From an uncultured Verrucomicrobiae bacterium (GTDB taxonomy: Bacteria; Verrucomicrobiota; Verrucomicrobiia; Verrucomicrobiales; DEV007): DNA of 32,730 bases. The notes beneath the pieces were generated by a model, which was not told where the DNA came from, ran no database searches, and was given only the letters and a program-made list of their open reading frames with translations. Where the stretch lies: contig CALDKL010000500.1 in the NCBI GenBank assembly GCA_937898895.1, positions 1 through 32,730 of the forward strand. The letters are read 5' to 3'. Positions 26,763 through 32,730 of the stretch are shown here, piece by piece. Position numbers and translations under genes: made by a program. Each line of letters starts with the position of its first letter. The stretch's first letter is position 1.

Positions 26763-27156
26763 GGATCGTGAGATTGGGGTTGGTGGGTCCGCGCCAGTTC
26801 AGCAGTCCCTTGCTCCAGGCCCAGAGCAGACCTTCGGCCAGCAGCAGGAGGAACAACATCGCAACGAGGAAAGAGCCGACGGACAGCTTCAGGAAAGCCA
26901 CCGCGAAGGGAAGCAGAAAGACGGTTTCCACGTCGAACAAGAGGAAGAGCAGCCCGAAGAGGTAGTATTGCGAGTGAAAGCGGACCTGGCGTTCGGCAAT
27001 GGGCTTCACCCCGCACTCGTAGAGTTCATCCTTGTCCTCGCTGCGCTTGATCGGTGTGAAGGTTGCCATCCACAAGCGGGCGAGGGCGAGTGCACTGACG
27101 GGCACGGCGAGCGCGACCGCGAAAAAGACGAGAACCGGGAGATAGGGATGGTTCAT
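26752..27156 (-). CDS. nuoA: Complex I subunit A
   Basis: [24 protein letters not shown]. Confidence 0.96.
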   Translation of the reverse strand: MNHPYLPVLVFFAVALAVPVSALALARLWMATFTPIKRSEDKDELYECGVKPIAERQVRFHSQYYLFGLLFLLFDVETVFLLPFAVAFLKLSVGSFLVAMLFLLLLAEGLLWAWSKGLLNWRGPTNPNLTIHGD

Positions 27157-27449
27157 CGGGATCAGGGTTGCACACTGCGGATAGGACTCAGCGGAGATTC
27201 ATTGCCTCGAGTTTCGCACAATACGCCGTATGTGATGCCCGCTGGAACGAATTTGGTCCAGGAGATTCTTCATGGATTTCACATCAGTCGGACAAATGGC
27301 TTTCCAGGAGGGTGATCCGGAGCCAATTCAGGGATGCCCCTGCCGCGCCCGATCCTACCGAACTCCGCACCGCGAGCAAGCCTCGGATCGAGCCCCCTTC
27401 CTTGTTCACCCTTGCATCCCCCGGCGATCTGCCGAAAGCTTCCCGGCCC

Positions 27450-30122
27450 ATGCCCCGGTCTGTGCCCGCGCCTTCCGCCCCCGTCACTGCTGCGTCCGAC
27501 TCGTTCGAACTCACGCCGAGTGGTGTGTTGCTCTACCGCGGCGAGAGAAAGGATCTCGCTCGGGCGTTTGCCGAAGGCGACGCCTTCGGGCTCGTCACCC
27601 TCGGTGGACAGCCCTCCGGGGAAGGGGCGGATGAGACTCTTCGCTATTGGAAAACACTCGCCGACGCCTTTGTCCGAGAACTTTGTCAGATCCCCGATGG
27701 CGTCGAGATCCTCCCGCCGATCCCCGCGCCTGATGCGTCGACCCTCGCCGGGTGGATCCTCGATGCTCCGCCGATGCGGGGCGCGGAATACCTTTCGCCG
27801 GAAGTTCTTCGTTCTCTATGGATCCGTCTCGAAGACTGGACTCGGGAGAGAATCGCTGGCGCGACAACCGTTGCGGCCTTCCTCCAGACCCATGCGCCAA
27901 TCTGGTCGCGGGTTGGGCGCGTGACTCTCCACCTTGCCGAAAACAAGGCGGATCCGGAGCGTCCCTTCGCCTTTCTTGCCACCTATGCCTCGGGCCTTTC
28001 CCAGGCGGGACGACTCAGCCAGCTCCCGCTCGGAAAGGCGCTCCAGGAATACGGCGGGGCAAAGGATAAGGGTGCTCTGCTCAAGCTGCTCACTCCGGTC
28101 CACACCGCAGCCAAAGTTTGCCCGTTGATGGAGGATCTCGTGGAGACCGGTGATGTCTTTCACCCTCTCGCGTGGACGCCCGAGGAAGCCTATTGCTTCC
28201 TCCGTTCCGTCCCGCAATACGAAGACGTCGGCCTCCTCGTGCGCCTGCCAAATTGGTGGCGGAAACGGGGGCCCCGCCCCCAGGTCTCGGCTGTCGTCGG
28301 GCAGAAACGAGGGACCGGGGTCGGCCTCAAGGCCTTGCTCGATTTCAAACTCGAAGTCGTCGTGGAGGGGAAAGTCCTTTCGAAGAAAGAGATCGATGCT
28401 CTCCTCGCCGTCGAAGAAGATGGCCTTGTCTTTTTCCAGGGGCAGTGGATCGAGGTGGACAGGGAAAAGCTCAAAGAGGCTCTCGATCACTGGAACTCCA
28501 TCGCCGCCGATGGCATTCCCTTCATCGAAGGGATGCGCCTGCTCGCCGGAGCCCCCGCCGATCTCGGGGCCGCCTCCGCCGATCCGGAGGAGCGGGAATG
28601 GTCTTTCGCACGCCCTGGCGACGAACTCACCGAGACCTTGCGACGGCTCGCCTCACCGGAAGTTTCACCGCCGCCCGCCGGACTGTGCGCCACACTCCGA
28701 CCGTATCAGGCTCGGGGCCTCGACTGGCTCTGGTTTTGCACCCGAGTCGGACTCGGAGCCTGTCTCGCCGACGACATGGGCCTCGGAAAAACCATCCAGG
28801 TTCTCGCAGCCCTCCTCCGCCGACAGGAAGAAACTCCCGGCGGCCCTCCCGCCCTGCTCGTCGTACCCGCCTCGCTCCTCGGCAACTGGAAACGCGAAGC
28901 CGAAACCTTCGCCCCATCCCTGCGTCTGCGCATCGTTCATCGATCTCTCGGCAGTGTCGAGTCCTCAGACGCGAGCACTCTTGCCGATTGTGATCTCGTG
29001 GTCACCACCTACGGCATGGTCGCCCGACTCGACTGGATCGCGGCGACGCAGTGGAGCTGGATCATACTGGACGAAGCCCAGGCCATCAAAAACCCCGCCT
29101 CCGGCCAAAGCAAGGCCGTGAAAACACTGCGAGCCGAAGCCCGCATCGCTCTCACCGGAACTCCCGTCGAAAACCATCTCGGCGATCTCTGGTCGCTCTT
29201 TGATTTCATCAATCCGGGCCTGCTCGGCAACGCCAACCGCTTCCGGAGCTTCGTGAGTTCGCTCCAGGATCGGTCAACCGTCCACTACGCACCGCTCCGC
29301 CGCCTCGTCGCACCCTACATTCTGCGACGACTCAAGACGGACAAGAGCATCATCGCCGACCTCCCCGACAAGACCGAGATGAAGGTCACATGTGGCCTCG
29401 TCCCGGCGCAGGCACGGCTCTACGAGCGCACTGCAAAAACCCTCGCCGAATCTCTCGAGAATGTCTCCGGGATCGAGCGGCGCGGACTCGTCCTCGCTTA
29501 CCTGATGCGATTCAAGCAGATCTGCAATCACCCCGATCAGCTCGCCAAAACGGGAAACTACGATCCGGCGCAGAGTGCGAAATTCCAGCGCCTCGCCGAA
29601 CTCTGCGAGGAAATCACCTCGCGTGGGGAAAAGGCTCTCGTCTTCACCCAATTCCGAGAACTCACCGATCCGCTCGAAAATCACCTTGCACGCCTCTTCG
29701 GGAGGAGCGGACTCGTCCTCCACGGCGGCACGCCCGTGAAGCGGCGGCAGGAAATGGTCAACCGCTTCCAGAGCGAAGACGGCCCGCCTTTTTTTGTTCT
29801 CTCACTGAAAGCCGGTGGCACCGGACTCAACCTCACGGCGGCCTCGCACGTCATCCACTTCGACCGCTGGTGGAACCCCGCCGTCGAGAATCAGGCGACC
29901 GACCGCGCCTTCCGCATCGGACAAAAGCGGAACGTCCTCGTCCACAAGTTCGTCGTCGCCGGAACCCTCGAAGAACGGATTGACTTCCTCATTCACGACA
30001 AACAGAATATCGCAGATGCGATCCTCGAAGAGGGAGGCGAGAAGGCCCTTACCGAAATGAGCGACGCCGAATTGCTCGATTTCGTGCGACTCGATCTGGA
30101 GCGAGCCGAAACCCTAACCTAA
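27450..30122 (+). CDS. SNF2-family (SWI2/SNF2) helicase-like ATPase
   Basis: LRPYQ, LADDMGLGKT, LDEAQ.IKN, LTGTP.EN, RRLK, LSLKAGG.GLNL, DRWWNPAVE.QATDRAFRIGQ. Start placed at MPRSV (ATG 27450) and is uncertain. Confidence 0.93.
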   Translation: MPRSVPAPSAPVTAASDSFELTPSGVLLYRGERKDLARAFAEGDAFGLVTLGGQPSGEGADETLRYWKTLADAFVRELCQIPDGVEILPPIPAPDASTLAGWILDAPPMRGAEYLSPEVLRSLWIRLEDWTRERIAGATTVAAFLQTHAPIWSRVGRVTLHLAENKADPERPFAFLATYASGLSQAGRLSQLPLGKALQEYGGAKDKGALLKLLTPVHTAAKVCPLMEDLVETGDVFHPLAWTPEEAYCFLRSVPQYEDVGLLVRLPNWWRKRGPRPQVSAVVGQKRGTGVGLKALLDFKLEVVVEGKVLSKKEIDALLAVEEDGLVFFQGQWIEVDREKLKEALDHWNSIAADGIPFIEGMRLLAGAPADLGAASADPEEREWSFARPGDELTETLRRLASPEVSPPPAGLCATLRPYQARGLDWLWFCTRVGLGACLADDMGLGKTIQVLAALLRRQEETPGGPPALLVVPASLLGNWKREAETFAPSLRLRIVHRSLGSVESSDASTLADCDLVVTTYGMVARLDWIAATQWSWIILDEAQAIKNPASGQSKAVKTLRAEARIALTGTPVENHLGDLWSLFDFINPGLLGNANRFRSFVSSLQDRSTVHYAPLRRLVAPYILRRLKTDKSIIADLPDKTEMKVTCGLVPAQARLYERTAKTLAESLENVSGIERRGLVLAYLMRFKQICNHPDQLAKTGNYDPAQSAKFQRLAELCEEITSRGEKALVFTQFRELTDPLENHLARLFGRSGLVLHGGTPVKRRQEMVNRFQSEDGPPFFVLSLKAGGTGLNLTAASHVIHFDRWWNPAVENQATDRAFRIGQKRNVLVHKFVVAGTLEERIDFLIHDKQNIADAILEEGGEKALTEMSDAELLDFVRLDLERAETLT

Positions 30123-30135
30123 TGCAATTCGCGAA

Positions 30136-31194
30136 ATGAGCTGGTACTACAAACCCTACGTCTCCGTGGCCCAACGCCTCGCCAATGGCCAAAAGCAACT
30201 CCAAAAAATGAGGAAAGCCGGGCGGGTCATCGAGCCTCTCGGCGAGCTGTCCCATCGCAGCAAAATTGCGATCAGTTTCTGGGGCCGCGCCTGGTGTGAG
30301 CACCTCGAGAGCCTTGGCGATTTCGCGAACCGCCTCCCCCGAGGCCGCACCTATGTGCGCAACGGATCGGTCCTCCATCTTTCCATTGAAACCGGAAAAA
30401 TCACCGCCCTCGTCCAAGGTTCAGAACTCTACGAACAGACCATTCGGATTGATCCTCTCTCCAGTGAGAAATGGGAGCGGATCAAGAAGCGATGCCGGGG
30501 CGGAATCGGCTCGCTCATCGAGCTGCTCCAGGGAAAAGTCTCGAATGACATCATGGGCATCGTCACCGATCCGGCAGACGGTTTTTTCCCAAAACCGAAG
30601 GAGATCCATCTCGACTGTTCCTGCCCGGACTGGGCGAGCCTGTGCAAACACCTCGCCGCGATCCTCTACGGGGTGGGCGCGAAACTCGACCAGGAGCCGG
30701 AACTGCTCTTCAAACTACGCGGGGTCGATCACCGCGAACTGATTGACGAGGATGTCGTGACCACCGCGATCACCGGCAATTCCCAATCGGGAAGGCGGCG
30801 CTCGCTCGACTCGGCCACCCTCGGCGGTGTCTTCGGGATCGATCTGGACAACACCGCTGACTCGGCTGGGGAGGAGCCCGTTCCTGAAAATCCGAAGGCA
30901 AAGCGACCGTCGAAATCCCCCGAGGCCAAGGCCAGCACCAAGATCCATCCGAGAACCAAGTCCAATCCCAGGACCGAGACCCGCTCGAAAACACGGAAGC
31001 CGTTTCAGGCAACCCCTGCCGGAGTGAAAAAGCTGCGGGCCGCACTCGGTCTCTCCCGTGCGGAATTCGCCGAATGGGTGGGCGTCAGCACACAGAGTGT
31101 TGTGAACTGGGAGGCGCACCGGGGCTCCCTGAAACTGCGTTCCGCCAACCTCGAGAAGCTCGAATCGCTCCACCGCAGTCTGTCTTCGGAATGA
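30136..31194 (+). CDS. SWIM zinc-finger protein with C-terminal XRE-type helix-turn-helix
   Basis: WG.AW, NRLPRGRTY.RNG.V, CSCPDWASLCKH (SWIM), LF.LRG. A Lys/Pro-rich linker then leads to VKKLRAALGLSRAEFAEWVGVSTQSVVNWE (HTH_3-like). Confidence 0.88.
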   Translation: MSWYYKPYVSVAQRLANGQKQLQKMRKAGRVIEPLGELSHRSKIAISFWGRAWCEHLESLGDFANRLPRGRTYVRNGSVLHLSIETGKITALVQGSELYEQTIRIDPLSSEKWERIKKRCRGGIGSLIELLQGKVSNDIMGIVTDPADGFFPKPKEIHLDCSCPDWASLCKHLAAILYGVGAKLDQEPELLFKLRGVDHRELIDEDVVTTAITGNSQSGRRRSLDSATLGGVFGIDLDNTADSAGEEPVPENPKAKRPSKSPEAKASTKIHPRTKSNPRTETRSKTRKPFQATPAGVKKLRAALGLSRAEFAEWVGVSTQSVVNWEAHRGSLKLRSANLEKLESLHRSLSSE

Positions 31195-31239
31195 GGTACC
31201 CGAAAGCCGGGGCCATCCGGAGAAGGTGATTTTCGCCCC

Positions 31240-31587
31240 TCAGCCTTTCGAGCCCGCCAGTGCGGCCTTGGCTTCGGCGAAGGACTTGTTCAGCTTCGCG
31301 AAACCGCTACCTTCGTAACCGGCTGTCTTCACCGCCTTCAGGACGGCTTGCTCGCCGGGGCCTTCAGTCGTCTTGGTGGAGACGAGGGCGGTTTTTGTCT
31401 TCAAATCGACATAGACATCGGTGATCCCGTCGAGCTTCTTCAATTCCTCGGTCACCGAGAAGGAGCAACTGACGCAGACCATTCCCGGAACCTTTACCTC
31501 GAAGGTGGCACCGGGTTCTTCGGCGCGGAGAATGGCAGGGGAAAGGACGGAGAGAATGAGAGCCGCGAGGGCGAGAGCAGTTTTCAT
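31240..31587 (-). CDS. Exported heavy-metal-associated (HMA) domain protein, MerP/CopZ-like
   Basis: Signal peptide MKTALALAAL..., GMVCVSC (GMxCxxC), AVKTAGY. ATG at 31587. Confidence 0.85.
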   Translation of the reverse strand: MKTALALAALILSVLSPAILRAEEPGATFEVKVPGMVCVSCSFSVTEELKKLDGITDVYVDLKTKTALVSTKTTEGPGEQAVLKAVKTAGYEGSGFAKLNKSFAEAKAALAGSKG

Positions 31588-31718
31588 ATCAGATTTGGGG
31601 TTTCGGTTCCGGGAAACGTAATCCGGCGTAAAGAATTCGCAAATCGTGGTGCGGAATCTGTCTCGGAGATTGACCAAAGGCCCCATTCTGAGCATCTTCT
31701 TCCCGCAATCGCGCCATT

Positions 31719-32510
31719 ATGAGATCCTCACGCATCCTTCCGTTTGTTTCCCTGCTCTTCCCTCTCCTGTCCCCGACGCTTCACGCCACTCTCGTCACAA
31801 AGGTGATCGAATATCCCGTCGGAAACGTGCTTTGCGAAGGCTGGCATGCCTACGACGACTCCCTCACCGGGAAGCGTCCTTCCGTGCTCATCGTACATCA
31901 ATGGACCGGACTTTCGGATTACGAGAAGATGCGTGCAGAGATGTTGGTCGAATTGGGTTACCAAGTTTTTGCCCTCGATATTTACGGGAAGGGAATCCGC
32001 CCGCAGCCACCCGCTGCAGGAAAAGAAGCCGGGAAATACAAGGACAATCGCGCGCTCTTCCGGAAGCGCCTTGAAGCCGGTTTGCAAGTGCTTCGCGGTT
32101 TGCCCCAGACCGATCCGGGAAAGATCGCTGCCATCGGATACTGCTTTGGGGGCACCGGGGTGCTCGAACTTGCCCGTTCAGGCGCGAAGATCGACGGGGT
32201 TGTCAGTTTTCATGGTGGTCTCAGCACTCCATCGCCCGACGATGCGAAGAACATCGTCTGCGGAGTTGTCGTCCTGCATGGGGCGGATGATCCCTTCGTT
32301 CCGCCCGCAGAGGTCGCTGCCTTTCACCGTGAGATGAAGAACGCGGAGGTGAAGTACGAATTCATCGCCTATCCCGGAGCCGTCCACGCCTTCACCCAGA
32401 AGATGGCTGGGGACGATCCCTCCAAAGGGGCCGCCTACCAGGCGGAGGCGGATGCCAAATCATGGGAGGCGATGAAGTCCGCTTTTGCCAAATGGTTCGC
32501 AGCCCCCTGA
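31719..32510 (+). CDS. Dienelactone hydrolase family protein (exported)
   Basis: Signal peptide, GYCFGG nucleophile elbow, SFHG, HGADD, YPGAVHAF. Confidence 0.92.
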   Translation: MRSSRILPFVSLLFPLLSPTLHATLVTKVIEYPVGNVLCEGWHAYDDSLTGKRPSVLIVHQWTGLSDYEKMRAEMLVELGYQVFALDIYGKGIRPQPPAAGKEAGKYKDNRALFRKRLEAGLQVLRGLPQTDPGKIAAIGYCFGGTGVLELARSGAKIDGVVSFHGGLSTPSPDDAKNIVCGVVVLHGADDPFVPPAEVAAFHREMKNAEVKYEFIAYPGAVHAFTQKMAGDDPSKGAAYQAEADAKSWEAMKSAFAKWFAAP

Positions 32511-32679
32511 GGATCGATCTTGCAGGTCACGGGCCGGATTCCGGTGCTCACCAAACTCATCGGTTTGATAGGTGCAGAGGGACTCGCTGCAGGCAGTGGA
32601 TTGAGGCAATCTGAGGATCCTGACATAGAGAGAATTGTTTTCTCGCACCTCGCCACCGAAACGGTAAGGCGATGCGTTC

Positions 32680-32730
32680 CTACGTCCCGATCACATCCTT
32701 CTGCAAATCCCGCAACACCCTCAACTCGCC
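32680..32730 (-). CDS. Probable 3' end of a gene entering from the right edge
   Basis: Minus frame reads GELRVLRDLQKDVIGT-stop with coding-like codon usage; too short to identify. Confidence 0.35.
   Translation of the reverse strand, partial: GELRVLRDLQKDVIGT

Noticed and set aside
27157-27449. Rex/FNR/CRP-like half sites (TTCGCACAAT, TTTCACAT) upstream of nuoA
   Set aside because: Only half-site matches with no convincing palindrome, so no site can be called by eye.
32435-32656. Small ORFs after the dienelactone hydrolase
   Set aside because: They are short, overlap the gene end and have no motif support.
1-32730. CRISPR arrays, IS elements, integrases, rRNA
   Set aside because: No regularly spaced repeats, transposase/integrase motifs or rRNA-like sequence were seen; nearly all of the window is accounted for by coding genes.

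Overview
High-GC bacterial chromosomal segment, most likely PVC superphylum (Verrucomicrobiota-like). That guess rests on the Planctomycete-type cytochrome c/DUF1549 gene, a secreted sulfatase and a secreted TIM-barrel sugar isomerase. The centrepiece (15157-27156, minus strand) is a tightly coupled complex I-like operon, nuoA-B-C-D-I-H-J-K-L-M-M-N. It has no nuoEFG, has nuoI before nuoH, carries two divergent nuoM genes and has a NuoL transverse helix about 26 aa longer than usual. This matches the '2M' complex I class proposed to pump an extra proton. The second NuoM lacks the canonical TM7 lysine but has a new lysine six residues after the TM5 glutamate. Directly downstream on the same strand lies a fructan/sucrose-type locus (GH32, sugar porter, TIM-barrel isomerase). 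Other notable items are an in-frame AcpS + lipid A late-acyltransferase (LpxL-like) fusion, a stand-alone OvoA-C-terminal-like methyltransferase, an orphan PAP2-type fragment, and a SNF2 ATPase/SWIM pair whose SWIM protein ends in an XRE-type HTH. The rest is ordinary (apt, mpl, fxsA, SDR, serine hydrolase, DUF2207, HMA protein, dienelactone hydrolase). I saw no rRNA, tRNA, CRISPR array or mobile element. All assignments come from motif recognition by eye; no database searches were run.
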